A stretch of 59,228 nucleotides of DNA from Mycobacterium sp. Lineage in GTDB: Bacteria; Actinomycetota; Actinomycetes; Mycobacteriales; Mycobacteriaceae. A program made the translations under genes and the position numbers. Location: NCBI GenBank assembly GCA_036390735.1, contig DASWBF010000091.1:1-59228 (forward strand), given 5' to 3'. The stretch's first letter is position 1, and the number at the start of each line of letters is the position of its first letter. The notes under the pieces were generated by a model. It ran no database searches, had not been told where the DNA came from, and saw only the letters and a program-made list of their open reading frames with translations. Of this stretch, positions 10,651-20,056 are shown in pieces.

Positions 10651-12312
10651 ATGACACGGCCCACCACCAAGCGCAAAGGTGAAGGCCAATGGGCGCTCGG
10701 CTATCGCGAGCCGCTCAACGCCAACGAACAGAGCAAGAAAGACGACGCCCCGCTGAACGTGCGGGCGCGCATCGAGAACATCTACGCGCTGGGCGGATTC
10801 GACAGCATCGACAAGAGCGACCTGCGGGGCCGTTTCCGCTGGTGGGGCCTCTACACCCAGCGTGAGCAGGGCTACGACGGCACCTGGACCGGCGACGAGC
10901 ACATCGAGACCATCGAGGCGAAGTACTTCATGATGCGGGTGCGCTGCGACGGCGGCGCGTTGACCGTCGAGCAGCTGCGCACGATCGGTGCGATCTCCAC
11001 CGAGTTCGCGCGCGACACCGCCGACATCTCCGACCGCGAGAACGTGCAGTACCACTGGATTCGCGTGGAGGACGTGCCCGAGATCTGGCGCCGACTGGAG
11101 GCAGTCGGCCTGCAGACCACTGAGGCGTGCGGCGACTGCCCGCGCGTGGTGCTCGGCTCGCCGCTGGCCGGCGAGTCGCTCGACGAGGTGCTCGACGCTT
11201 CGCCGGCGGTCGACGAGATCGTGCGGCGCTACATCGGCAAGCCGGAGTACGCCAACCTCCCGCGCAAGTACAAGACCGCGATTTCCGGCCTGCAGGACGT
11301 CGTCCACGAGGTCAACGACATCGCGTTCATCGGCGTCAACCATCCCGAACACGGGCCCGGCCTGGACGTGTGGGTCGGCGGCGGGCTGTCCACGAACCCG
11401 ATGCTCGGGCAGCGCCTGGGCGCGTGGGTGCCGCTGGACGAGGTTCCCGACGTGTGGGAGGCCATCACGTCGGCGTTCCGCGACTACGGCTACCGGCGGC
11501 TGCGGTCGAAGGCGCGGCTGAAGTTCTTGATCAAGGACTGGGGCGTCGAAAGGTTCCGGGAGGTCGTCGAGACGGAGTACCTGAAGCGTCCGCTGATCGA
11601 CGGGCCGGCGCCCGAGCCGGCGGTACACCCGATCGACCACGTCGGGGTACAGCGACTGAAGAACGGACGCAACGCGGTCGGGGTGGCCCCGATCGCCGGG
11701 CGGGTATCGGGCACGATCCTGTCGAAGGTTGCCGACATCGCCGAGAACGCCGGCTCCGACCGGGTCCGGTTCACGCCGTACCAGAAGCTGATCGTGCTCG
11801 ACGTGCCCGACGACAAGCTCGACGAGGCGGTCAGCAGCCTGGAGGCGCTCGGGCTGCCGTCGCAGCCGTCACACTGGCGGCGAAACCTGATGGCGTGCAC
11901 CGGCATTGAGTACTGCAAGCTGTCGTTCGCCGAGACGCGGGTGCGCGCGCAGGGTCTGGTGCCGGAGTTGGAGAAGCGGCTCGAGGACATCAACGCCCAG
12001 CTCGACGTTCCCGTCACGATCAACATCAACGGCTGCCCGAACTCGTGCGCGCGCATCCAGGTCGCCGACATCGGGTTCAAGGGACAGATGGTCGACGACG
12101 GCGATGGGCCCGTCGAGGGATTCCAAGTGCACCTGGGCGGAAGCCTCGGGCTGGACAGCGGCTTCGGCCGCAAGCTGCGTCAGCACAAGGTGCTCAGCCA
12201 CGACGTTGGCGACTACATCGAGCGGATAGTGCGCAACTTCGTGAAACAAAGAAGCGAAGGGGAGCGTTTCGCGACATGGGCCCTGCGAGCGGACGAGGCG
12301 GACTTGAGATGA
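10651..12312 (+). CDS. sirA: Ferredoxin-dependent sulfite reductase SirA
   Basis: LPRKYK, ACTGIEYCK and NGCPNSCA siroheme/4Fe-4S ligands; followed by cysH. Confidence 0.96.
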   Translation: MTRPTTKRKGEGQWALGYREPLNANEQSKKDDAPLNVRARIENIYALGGFDSIDKSDLRGRFRWWGLYTQREQGYDGTWTGDEHIETIEAKYFMMRVRCDGGALTVEQLRTIGAISTEFARDTADISDRENVQYHWIRVEDVPEIWRRLEAVGLQTTEACGDCPRVVLGSPLAGESLDEVLDASPAVDEIVRRYIGKPEYANLPRKYKTAISGLQDVVHEVNDIAFIGVNHPEHGPGLDVWVGGGLSTNPMLGQRLGAWVPLDEVPDVWEAITSAFRDYGYRRLRSKARLKFLIKDWGVERFREVVETEYLKRPLIDGPAPEPAVHPIDHVGVQRLKNGRNAVGVAPIAGRVSGTILSKVADIAENAGSDRVRFTPYQKLIVLDVPDDKLDEAVSSLEALGLPSQPSHWRRNLMACTGIEYCKLSFAETRVRAQGLVPELEKRLEDINAQLDVPVTININGCPNSCARIQVADIGFKGQMVDDGDGPVEGFQVHLGGSLGLDSGFGRKLRQHKVLSHDVGDYIERIVRNFVKQRSEGERFATWALRADEADLR

Positions 12313-13010
12313 GCGTGACGACGGAGACCGACCTACGGGAACTGGCCGAGCGGGGCGCCGAGGAGCTCGACGGCGCCGCCACGATTGACCTCCTGCGCTG
12401 GGTCGACGAGAACTTCCGTGACGATTACGTGGTCGCGTCCAACATGCAGGACGCAGTGCTCATCGACATGGCCGTCAAGGTGCGGCCCGGCGTCGACGTG
12501 CTGTTTTTGGACACGGGCTATCACTTCGCCGAGACCATCGGCACCCGCAACGCGGTCAGCGACGTCTACGACGTGAACGTGATCAACGTCACCCCGGAGC
12601 ATTCCGTCCCCGAGCAGGATGCACTGCTAGGCAAGAACCTGTTCGCCCGTGATCCCAACGAATGCTGCCGGTTGCGGAAGGTGGCCCCGCTGGGCACGGC
12701 GCTGCGCGGCTACTCGGCATGGGTCACCGGGCTGCGGCGGGTGGAGGCGCCGACGCGCGCGAACGCGCCGGTGATCAGCTTCGACGCGGCGTTCGGGCTG
12801 GTGAGGGTCAACCCGCTCGCTGCGTGGACCGACCAGGACATCCAGGACTACATCGACGCCTACGACGTGTTCGTGAATCCCCTTGTATTCGATGGCTATC
12901 CGTCGATCGGGTGCGCACCGTGCACCGCGAGGCCAGTCGACGGAGCCGATCCCCGCAGTGGCCGGTGGCAGGGCATAGGCAAGGTCGAATGCGGACTGCA
13001 TTCCGAATGA
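12309..13010 (+). CDS. cysH: APS/PAPS reductase CysH
   Basis: LDTGYHF, CCRLRKV, GYPSIGCAPCT and C-terminal ECGLH. Confidence 0.97.
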   Translation: MSVTTETDLRELAERGAEELDGAATIDLLRWVDENFRDDYVVASNMQDAVLIDMAVKVRPGVDVLFLDTGYHFAETIGTRNAVSDVYDVNVINVTPEHSVPEQDALLGKNLFARDPNECCRLRKVAPLGTALRGYSAWVTGLRRVEAPTRANAPVISFDAAFGLVRVNPLAAWTDQDIQDYIDAYDVFVNPLVFDGYPSIGCAPCTARPVDGADPRSGRWQGIGKVECGLHSE

Positions 13011-13720
13011 GCCCAGCGGTCCTCGTTCTCACTGCGCACGGCAGCGCCGACCCGCGCGCCGCGGTGAACACCCACGCCGTCGCCGAAGAGATCCGCCGGC
13101 AGCGGCCCCGCCTCGATGTGCAGGTGGCGTTCTGCGAGCAATCGACGCCGAACCTGCGTGACGTGGTGGCCGAGTTGGGCGACAAGAGCGTCGTCACGCC
13201 GCTGCTGCTCGCCGACGCGTATCACGCACGCGTGGACATTCCGGCGATGATCGCCGAATCCGGTGCAGCACAAGCCGATGTCCTCGGTGAAGACGACCGG
13301 CTGGTGACGGTGCTGCGGCAACGCGTGCGCTCGTTGGGAGTGTCACGCCTGGATTCCGACGTCGGCGTGGCCGTCGTCGCGGTGGGATCCTCACGGCGCC
13401 AGGCGAACACACGCACGGCGGCGGTCGCGCCCGCGTTTTCGGCCGGCACTCGCTGGGCCGGGGCCGTCACGGCATTCGCCACCGGTCGGCGCCCGTCTCT
13501 CGACGAAGCGACAGAGCAGCTGCGCGCGAGGGGTGCGCGACGGCTGGTGATCGCGCCGTGGTTCCTCGCGCACGGGCGGATCACCGACCGTGTCGCGGAA
13601 TATGCTGGTGCGCACGGTATTCCGATGGCCGAGCCACTCGGCGCGCACCGCCTGGTCGCGGCCACGGTGTTGGATCGCTTTGACCGCGCACGCGCGGCAA
13701 CGAACCCGCTTGCCGCTTAA
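13007..13720 (+). CDS. Sirohydrochlorin chelatase (CbiX/SirB type, Che1-like)
   Basis: AHGSADP, PLLLADAYHARVDIP and APWFLAHG; third gene of the sir operon. Confidence 0.9.
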   Translation: MSPAVLVLTAHGSADPRAAVNTHAVAEEIRRQRPRLDVQVAFCEQSTPNLRDVVAELGDKSVVTPLLLADAYHARVDIPAMIAESGAAQADVLGEDDRLVTVLRQRVRSLGVSRLDSDVGVAVVAVGSSRRQANTRTAAVAPAFSAGTRWAGAVTAFATGRRPSLDEATEQLRARGARRLVIAPWFLAHGRITDRVAEYAGAHGIPMAEPLGAHRLVAATVLDRFDRARAATNPLAA

Positions 13721-14766
13721 GAAGTCGGCGCCGGCTCCAGCTCTTCGGTCTCTGGCAACTGCGTGCTGCCCGCGATCGGCGGCACTCGAGTGGCGCGCAC
13801 ATACACTGTGTCGCCCTCCTTCAACGCCAGCGCCTCGGCGTCGCCGCGGGTGATCTGCGCGGTGAACGGTGCTCCGTTAGCTGCGGCGGTGAGCTCCACC
13901 CTCACCTCGAACCCGAGGTAGACGATCCGGTCTATCGTGGCGCGCATCACACCGATGCTCTTGGCGGTCCCGTCGCTGGTGGCCACCGCCATCTCCGGAT
14001 TGCGCCCCACCCGAATGTCGTGCGGCCGCACCAGGATTCCGTTCAGTGCGGACACGGTGCCGAGGAACGACATCACGAACCCGTTCGCGGGCTGGTCGTA
14101 GACATCGGTGGGTGAGCCGATCTGTTCGATACGGCCTTTGTTCAGCACCGCGATCCGGTCCGAGACGTCCAACGCCTCGGATTGGTCGTGGGTCACCAGC
14201 ACGGTGGTGACGTGCACCTCGTCGTGCAGCCGGCGCAGCCACGCCCGCAGGTCCTCGCGCACCTTCGCGTCCAGCGCGCCGAACGGCTCGTCGAGCAGCA
14301 GCACCTGCGGGTCCACCGCCAGCGCGCGGGCCAACGCCATGCGCTGGCGCTGGCCGCCGGACAGCTGCCCGGGATACCGGCGTTGAAAACCGCTGAGCCC
14401 CACCGTCTCGAGAAGGCCGTCGACCTTGTCCTCGATCTCTGCCTTGGGGCGCTTGCGGATCTTCAGGCCGAATGCGACGTTGTCACGAACGTTCATGTGC
14501 TTGAAGGCCGCGTAGTGCTGGAACACGAAGCCGATACCGCGCCGCTGCGGCGGCACCCGCGTGACGTCGCGGCCGTTGATCGTGATGGTCCCGGTGTCGG
14601 GCTGGTCGAGGCCGGCGATCGCCCGCAACAGCGTCGACTTTCCGGAGCCGCTGGGCCCGAGCAGGGTCGTCAGGGACCCCGCCGGCACAGTGAAATTGAT
14701 GTCCTCCAGCGCCGCGAATTCGCCGTAGTGCTTGTTCACACCACGCAACGTGATTGCGTCGGTCAT
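13717..14766 (-). CDS. cysA: Sulfate ABC transporter ATP-binding protein
   Basis: GPSGSGKS, LSGGQRQR, LLLDEPF; C-terminal TOBE-like region. Confidence 0.95.
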   Translation of the reverse strand: MTDAITLRGVNKHYGEFAALEDINFTVPAGSLTTLLGPSGSGKSTLLRAIAGLDQPDTGTITINGRDVTRVPPQRRGIGFVFQHYAAFKHMNVRDNVAFGLKIRKRPKAEIEDKVDGLLETVGLSGFQRRYPGQLSGGQRQRMALARALAVDPQVLLLDEPFGALDAKVREDLRAWLRRLHDEVHVTTVLVTHDQSEALDVSDRIAVLNKGRIEQIGSPTDVYDQPANGFVMSFLGTVSALNGILVRPHDIRVGRNPEMAVATSDGTAKSIGVMRATIDRIVYLGFEVRVELTAAANGAPFTAQITRGDAEALALKEGDTVYVRATRVPPIAGSTQLPETEELEPAPTS

Positions 14767-14787
14767 GTCCCTATCTCCTTGCCCGAC

Positions 14788-15600
14788 CTAGACTTCCGCC
14801 CGCGCGCGCCGCGCGTCCAGGACGACCTGGACGATCAGCACCAGAACCGCGACGGTCATCAGCAGCGTGGAGATCGCATACGCGCCGTATTCCGCGCCGC
14901 GGTTGTAACGGTCCGATACCAACAGTGTCAGGGTCTGCGACGTTCCCGGCAAGTTCGACGACACCATGATGACGGCGCCGTACTCGCCGAGCGTGCGCGC
15001 GATCGTCAGCACCACTCCGTACGTCAGCCCCCATCGGATGGACGGCAGCGTGATCCGCCAGAACGTCTGCCACCACTTGGAGCCGAGGGTCGCGGCGGCC
15101 TCCTCCTGGTCGGTACCGATTTCGTGCAGCACCGGCTCGACCTCGCGGATGACGAACGGCAACGTGACGAAGATGCTGGCCAGCACGATCCCGGGCAGGC
15201 CGAAGATGATTTTGAAGCCGAGATCCCGCTCGACGAACCCGAAGGCACCGGCCGATCCCCACAGCACGATCAGGGCCACTCCGACGACCACCGGCGAGAC
15301 CGCGAAGGGCAAGTCGATGATCGCCTGCAACGCACCCTTGCCCCGAAACCTGCTGCGGGCCAACACCAATGCGGTCGGGATCCCGAACAACACGTTGAGC
15401 GGTACCACGATCGCGACGACCAGCAACGACAACTGCAGAGCCGAAATCGCGGCGGGAGTGGTGATCTGGGCGAAGAATTCGTCAAGGCCCGGGGAGAACG
15501 AACGCCACAGGATCAGCCCAACCGGCACAACCACCAGCACCAAGACGTAAGCCAGCGCAAGGGACCTGCTCAGGTACTTCACCAGAGGCGACGGAATCAC
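14788..15600 (-). CDS. cysW: Sulfate ABC transporter permease CysW
   Basis: DLPFAVSPVV, EEAAATLG and ARTLGEYGAV. Confidence 0.93.
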   Translation of the reverse strand: MIPSPLVKYLSRSLALAYVLVLVVVPVGLILWRSFSPGLDEFFAQITTPAAISALQLSLLVVAIVVPLNVLFGIPTALVLARSRFRGKGALQAIIDLPFAVSPVVVGVALIVLWGSAGAFGFVERDLGFKIIFGLPGIVLASIFVTLPFVIREVEPVLHEIGTDQEEAAATLGSKWWQTFWRITLPSIRWGLTYGVVLTIARTLGEYGAVIMVSSNLPGTSQTLTLLVSDRYNRGAEYGAYAISTLLMTVAVLVLIVQVVLDARRARAEV

Positions 15601-16442
15601 TTCGCCAACTCCTCCCGCTTGGCCGCCCGCGACCCCAGCGCCCGCAGAATCAACAGCACAACGAACGAAAGAGCAAGCAGGACAATCGAGATCGCTGCAG
15701 CACCGGTGCGGTCGTCGTTCTCGATCAACGTCCGGATCCACTGCGACGACACCTCGGTCTTGCCGGGCACCGCGCCGCCGATCAGCACCACCGAGCCGAA
15801 CTCGCCGATCGCGCGGGAGAACGCCAGCCCGGCGCCCGACAGCAGTGCGGGTGTCAGCGCAGGGAAGACGATGGTCCGGAATATTGTCGCGTTGCTGGCG
15901 CCCAGCGACGCCGCGGCCTGTTCAGCCTCATGATCGACTTCCATCAGCACGGGTTGCACGGCCCGCACGACGAACGGCAAGGTCACGAACAGCAGTGCGA
16001 CACCGACACCGTACTGGGTGTGTTGGAGATGGATGCCGACAGGACTGTTCGGCCCGTACAGCGCCAGTAGCACCACGCTGGCCACGATCGTCGGCAGCGC
16101 GAACGGCAGGTCGATCACCGCGTCCACGAGCCGTTTGCCGGGGAAGTCGTCGCGCACCAACACCCAGGCGACCAGCAGCCCGAAGAACACGTTGATGACG
16201 GTGACGGCCGCGGAGATGGTCAGTGTCACCCGGAACGAATCGAGCGCTGACGGCGATGTCACCGCGGTGACGAAAGCCGACCAGCCGCCCTTCGCCGACT
16301 GCCACACGATGGCCGCCAGCGGCAGCAGCACGATCACCGACAGCCACAGCGTGGCGACACCGATCCGCAGTGAGGTCGTGCCGCGAAACCCCAGGCCGCG
16401 GGTCGCCGTGGCCTGGGGTTTCGGGTCAAGCGCAGCTGTCAT
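15597..16442 (-). CDS. cysT: Sulfate ABC transporter permease CysT
   Basis: DLPFALPTIVA, EQAAASLGA and SRAIGEFGSV. Confidence 0.93.
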   Translation of the reverse strand: MTAALDPKPQATATRGLGFRGTTSLRIGVATLWLSVIVLLPLAAIVWQSAKGGWSAFVTAVTSPSALDSFRVTLTISAAVTVINVFFGLLVAWVLVRDDFPGKRLVDAVIDLPFALPTIVASVVLLALYGPNSPVGIHLQHTQYGVGVALLFVTLPFVVRAVQPVLMEVDHEAEQAAASLGASNATIFRTIVFPALTPALLSGAGLAFSRAIGEFGSVVLIGGAVPGKTEVSSQWIRTLIENDDRTGAAAISIVLLALSFVVLLILRALGSRAAKREELAK

Positions 16443-17476
16443 CCGGTCGCCTGTTTGTAGATCTTGGTGATCAAGCCGTTGTCCTTGTCGAACAACGACG
16501 AATCCACGGTGCTCCATCCGCCGAGCTCGGCGACGGTCCACAGCTTCTGTGCCGGCGCGGGGAAATCGTTCGCGAATTGCTGCGCCACACCGGGGTTGAC
16601 GGGGCGGAACCCGGCCTGCGCCCACAGGCGCTGCGCCTCCTCGGTGTACTGGAAGTTCTTGAAGTCGGTGGCTTCCTGCAGGTGGGTGGTGGTGTTGACG
16701 ACGGCGAGCGGGTTTTCGATCTTGAACGTCTGCGGCGGGATGAGGTGCTGAACGGGCTTGCCCTGCCGCTCGACGTTGATCGCCTCGTTTTCGTAGCTGA
16801 TCAGCACGTCGCCGCTGCCCTGCAGGAAGACGTCGGTGGCTTCACGGCCGGAGCCGGGGCGAAGCTTGACGTGCTGGCTCACCAGCTGCTGCACGAAGTC
16901 CAGACCAGCCTGCTGATCCTGGCCGCCGTTGCTCTTTGCCGCATACGGCGCCAACAGGTTCCACTTGGCCGAGCCCGAGCTCAGCGGGCTCGGGGTGATC
17001 ACCTCGACGTCCGGGCGCAGCAGATCGTCCCAGTCCTGGATGTTCTTCGGATTGCCCTGCCGCACCACCAGCGCCACCACCGAGCCGAACGGGATGCCCT
17101 TCGTCACATCGGAGTTCCAGTTCTCGGACACCTTGCCGGCCTTGACGAGTCGGGTGATGTCGGGCTCGACGGAGAAGTTCACGATGTCGGCGGGCTTGCC
17201 GTCGACGACGGAACGCGACTGGTCACCGGATGCCCCGTAGGACGTGGTGATCGCGATGTCCTTGCCCTGCTCGGTCGCATTGAACGCGGGGATGACCTTG
17301 CTCCAGCCAGGCTCGGGCACCGCGTAGGCGACCAATGTCAGCGTCGCCCGCGCATTCGACGGGCCGTTGCTGCCCGCGACATCGCTGGCGCCGCCGCCGC
17401 ACGCCGCGAGCACGGTGGCCGTGAGGGCGAGCGCGGCCGCGTGACGCAGCCGTAGGACTTTGGGAAAGCGGAGCAT
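16439..17476 (-). CDS. subI: Sulfate-binding lipoprotein SubI
   Basis: Lipobox LAAC; SYGASGDQSR, SSGSAKWN and DVLISYENEA. Confidence 0.95.
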   Translation of the reverse strand: MLRFPKVLRLRHAAALALTATVLAACGGGASDVAGSNGPSNARATLTLVAYAVPEPGWSKVIPAFNATEQGKDIAITTSYGASGDQSRSVVDGKPADIVNFSVEPDITRLVKAGKVSENWNSDVTKGIPFGSVVALVVRQGNPKNIQDWDDLLRPDVEVITPSPLSSGSAKWNLLAPYAAKSNGGQDQQAGLDFVQQLVSQHVKLRPGSGREATDVFLQGSGDVLISYENEAINVERQGKPVQHLIPPQTFKIENPLAVVNTTTHLQEATDFKNFQYTEEAQRLWAQAGFRPVNPGVAQQFANDFPAPAQKLWTVAELGGWSTVDSSLFDKDNGLITKIYKQATG

Positions 17477-17595
17477 GGAAGACCTTTCACTGCAGGGGAG
17501 GGAAGGATTGGCTCACCCGCTGCGGAGAGGCGACGAATCAGGACGCAGGCCGATCGATGGCCACTACCGACGCCAAACCGCAAGCGGGCGTGGGT

Positions 17596-17688
17596 TCATT
17601 TACAACAGCGCACGTCTGCAACAGCGCAATCACCGACGGCGATAAGTGCCAGCACATAGCACTTGTTGTTGCCTCGGGCCGCTTGCAT
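17596..17688 (-). CDS. Leaderless Cys-rich leader peptide upstream of subI (Ms4533A-type)
   Basis: Encodes MQAARGNNKCYVLALIAVGDCAVADVRCCK; -10 TAGTCT 7 nt before the ATG. Confidence 0.82.
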   Translation of the reverse strand: MQAARGNNKCYVLALIAVGDCAVADVRCCK

Positions 17689-17735
17689 GGCGGGAAGACT
17701 AACAGGTTCATGACGCACGCGCAGATTGATGGATC

Positions 17736-17779
17736 GGCTCACTGGCTCACTGTGAAACTGTGATAGCGTGAAACTGTGA
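17736..17779 (+). promoter_or_regulatory. Promoter/operator of the vapBC pair
   Basis: Direct repeats gtgaaactgtga (17752-17763, 17768-17779) and ggctcact x2 flank -10 TAGCGT, which lies 6 nt before the GTG start. Confidence 0.6.
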
Positions 17780-18015
17780 AGAACATTACCGTGTCCGTCT
17801 CCGACGATGTCTATCGCAGAGCGAGGATCCGCGCGGCCGAGCTCGGTAAGTCTGTGAGCGCCCTGGTTACTGAGTTCTTGGACTCGCTTTCCGGTGGGAA
17901 TGCGGAATTCTCTCGACTAGAAGGCAAGCAGCGGAAGGCCCAGAGTGAGATCCACCGCTTCCGCGCGCGCGATCGTTTGAGCCGCGACGAGGTTCACGAT
18001 CGTGCGGTTCGTTGA
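17776..18015 (+). CDS. RHH-type antitoxin (VapB-like)
   Basis: MKNITVSVSDDVYRRARIRAAELGKSVSALV RHH pattern; overlaps a PIN gene. Confidence 0.88.
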   Translation: MKNITVSVSDDVYRRARIRAAELGKSVSALVTEFLDSLSGGNAEFSRLEGKQRKAQSEIHRFRARDRLSRDEVHDRAVR

Positions 18016-18412
18016 CACCAACGTCCTGCTCTACGCGATCTCGCGCGATCCAGAGGAGCGAGACAAGGCGCAGCGCGCGAACGAGATTCTGACCGCCAGG
18101 GACCTGGCTCTGTCTGTCCAGGTCCTGCAGGAGTTCTATGTCCAGGCGACCAGAACTAGCCGACCGGACGCGATCACCCATGACCAGGCCGTCGCGCTGG
18201 TGGAGTCGTTCATGCGGTTTCCTGTCGCCACAATCACGGCTGAGCTGATGCTGGCCGCCGTTGCGACGCATTGGCGCTTCGGCGTGTCGTATTGGGACGC
18301 CGCGATCCTCGAAGCCAGCCGCTTTCTCGGTTGTGACGTCGTCCTCTCCGAGGACCTCAGCAACGGCGAAGACTACGGCGGCGTACGGGTCCAGAATCCG
18401 TTCAGCGGTTGA
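18002..18412 (+). CDS. PIN-domain toxin (VapC-like)
   Basis: FVDTNVLLY, QVLQEFY, YWDAAI and LSEDL acidic PIN residues. Confidence 0.93.
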   Translation: MRFVDTNVLLYAISRDPEERDKAQRANEILTARDLALSVQVLQEFYVQATRTSRPDAITHDQAVALVESFMRFPVATITAELMLAAVATHWRFGVSYWDAAILEASRFLGCDVVLSEDLSNGEDYGGVRVQNPFSG

Positions 18413-18488
18413 GCAGCCACACGACGATCACCAGCAACACCAGAATTACCAGAACCAGGGTCACCCGCGACTTGGGCAACGCACTCAC
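18402..18488 (-). CDS. 28-aa single-pass membrane micro-protein
   Basis: MSALPKSRVTLVLVILVLLVIVVWLLNR; GTG overlaps the upstream stop (GTGA). Confidence 0.6.
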   Translation of the reverse strand: MSALPKSRVTLVLVILVLLVIVVWLLNR

Positions 18489-18676
18489 TCCCCTGGTTCG
18501 CCGTGCCGGATCCGCCGCAGCAGCCCGATCCCCCGCCCCAGGGCGCCGTCGAGCAGCACCGCCAGACCGTAGGCCAGCAGCAGCACCACCGGCATCACGA
18601 CAATCGTCTGCAGCACGAAGCCCAGTCCGGAAAGCCACAGCTCGACGCCGTCCCACCAATTGAGGAAACCCAACAT
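18485..18676 (-). CDS. Small membrane protein (Rv2401A-like)
   Basis: MLGFLNWWDGVELWLSGLGFVLQTIVVMPVVL...; syntenic position next to subI. Confidence 0.8.
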   Translation of the reverse strand: MLGFLNWWDGVELWLSGLGFVLQTIVVMPVVLLLAYGLAVLLDGALGRGIGLLRRIRHGEPGE

Positions 18677-18713
18677 CGGGTCAGCGTAGGCGCCGGTGTC
18701 GTGGCGGGCCAGC

Positions 18714-18745
18714 GATGAGCCGCTTGCGCGAAGAGCAGAGAGCAG
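18714..18745 (+). repeat. MIRU-like element copy
   Basis: gatgagccgcttgcgcgaagagcagagagcag matches the 8059 unit; in frame with the downstream oxidoreductase. Confidence 0.8.
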
Positions 18746-20004
18746 CGTGCCAGAATTGCCGCGTGCCGGCCAGTGCGGACTCCACAACGTGTGTCATCGC
18801 CGGCGGCGGGCCCGCCGGCATGGTGCTGGGGCTGCTGCTCGCCCGGGGCGGGGTTCCGGTGGTGGTGATGGAAAAGCACGCCGACTTCCTGCGCGACTTT
18901 CGCGGTGACACGGTGCATGCAAGCACGCTGCGCCTGCTCGACGAGCTCGGCCTCGGCCCGCGGTTCGCACAAGTCCCGCACCGCCTGATCGAGAGCATCC
19001 GCATGCAGGTTCAGGATGTGCCGATCAGCCTCGGCCTCAACAGGATCCCGGGTGCACACAAGCACATCGCGCTGGTGCCACAATGGGATTTCCTCGAGCT
19101 GCTGGCCACCGCGGCCGAGGAGGAACCGACGTTCACACTGATGCGCAGCACCGAGGTGCATTCGGCCTTGGTGCGCGACGGGCGCGTGGCAGGTGTCCGC
19201 TATCGCGGCGCTGACGGTGAGACGCGCGAGATGCGCGCAGCGTTGACCGTGGCATGCGACGGGCGCTCGTCGACGTTGCGCTCGTCAATGGGGTTGCAAC
19301 CCAAGGCTTTCGGCGCGCCGATGGACGTCTGGTGGTTCCGGTTGCCACGGCAGAGCGGCGACCCGACGGGGCTCAACGGCGTCTTCCGATCTGGGCATGC
19401 CTGTGTCGTAATCGACCGCGGTGACTACTACCAGATCGCCTACATCATCCCCAAGGGCACGGACAGCGCGATGCGCGCCGAGGGCGTCGCGGCCTTGCGC
19501 CGCCAACTCGTACAGCTGGTGCCGTGGCTCTCCGATCGCGTCGAGCAGATCGCGTCGATGGATGAGGTCAAACTTCTTGACGTGCAATTGAATCGACTGC
19601 ATCGCTGGTACACCGACGGGTTGCTGTTGATCGGCGACGCGGCGCACGCGATGTCTCCGGTCGGTGGGGTCGGCATCAACCTCGCCGTCGCCGACGCCGT
19701 CGCCGCCGCGGCCGCGCTCGCCGCCCCGCTGCGCGAAGGCAATCTTGGAAAGCGCCAGTTGGCCCGGGTGCAGGCACGCCGATGGCTGCCGACGGTGCTG
19801 ATCCAGTCCGCCCAGCGGCTCATCCATGCGCGGGTGATCGCAGTCGCGATGAGCGAGGCCGCCGCGGAGTCGCCGAAACCGCCGCTGCCCGTGCGGATGA
19901 TGAGCAAGCTGCCGGCACTCGGTGCCGTTGCCGGCTACGCGATTGCGATCGGCCCGCTGCCAGAGCACGCGCCCGCGTTCGCCCGCCGTGACGCCCCAAT
20001 GTGA
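18715..20004 (+). CDS. FAD-dependent oxidoreductase/monooxygenase
   Basis: GGGPAG, ACDGRSS and IGDAAHAMSPVGGVGIN; true start may be GTG ~18763. Confidence 0.92.
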   Translation: MSRLREEQRAACQNCRVPASADSTTCVIAGGGPAGMVLGLLLARGGVPVVVMEKHADFLRDFRGDTVHASTLRLLDELGLGPRFAQVPHRLIESIRMQVQDVPISLGLNRIPGAHKHIALVPQWDFLELLATAAEEEPTFTLMRSTEVHSALVRDGRVAGVRYRGADGETREMRAALTVACDGRSSTLRSSMGLQPKAFGAPMDVWWFRLPRQSGDPTGLNGVFRSGHACVVIDRGDYYQIAYIIPKGTDSAMRAEGVAALRRQLVQLVPWLSDRVEQIASMDEVKLLDVQLNRLHRWYTDGLLLIGDAAHAMSPVGGVGINLAVADAVAAAAALAAPLREGNLGKRQLARVQARRWLPTVLIQSAQRLIHARVIAVAMSEAAAESPKPPLPVRMMSKLPALGAVAGYAIAIGPLPEHAPAFARRDAPM

Positions 20005-20056
20005 CACTCCGCCTGTTCAGTAGACGAAATCCGCGTTCAGAGCCGATGATGAGCAA

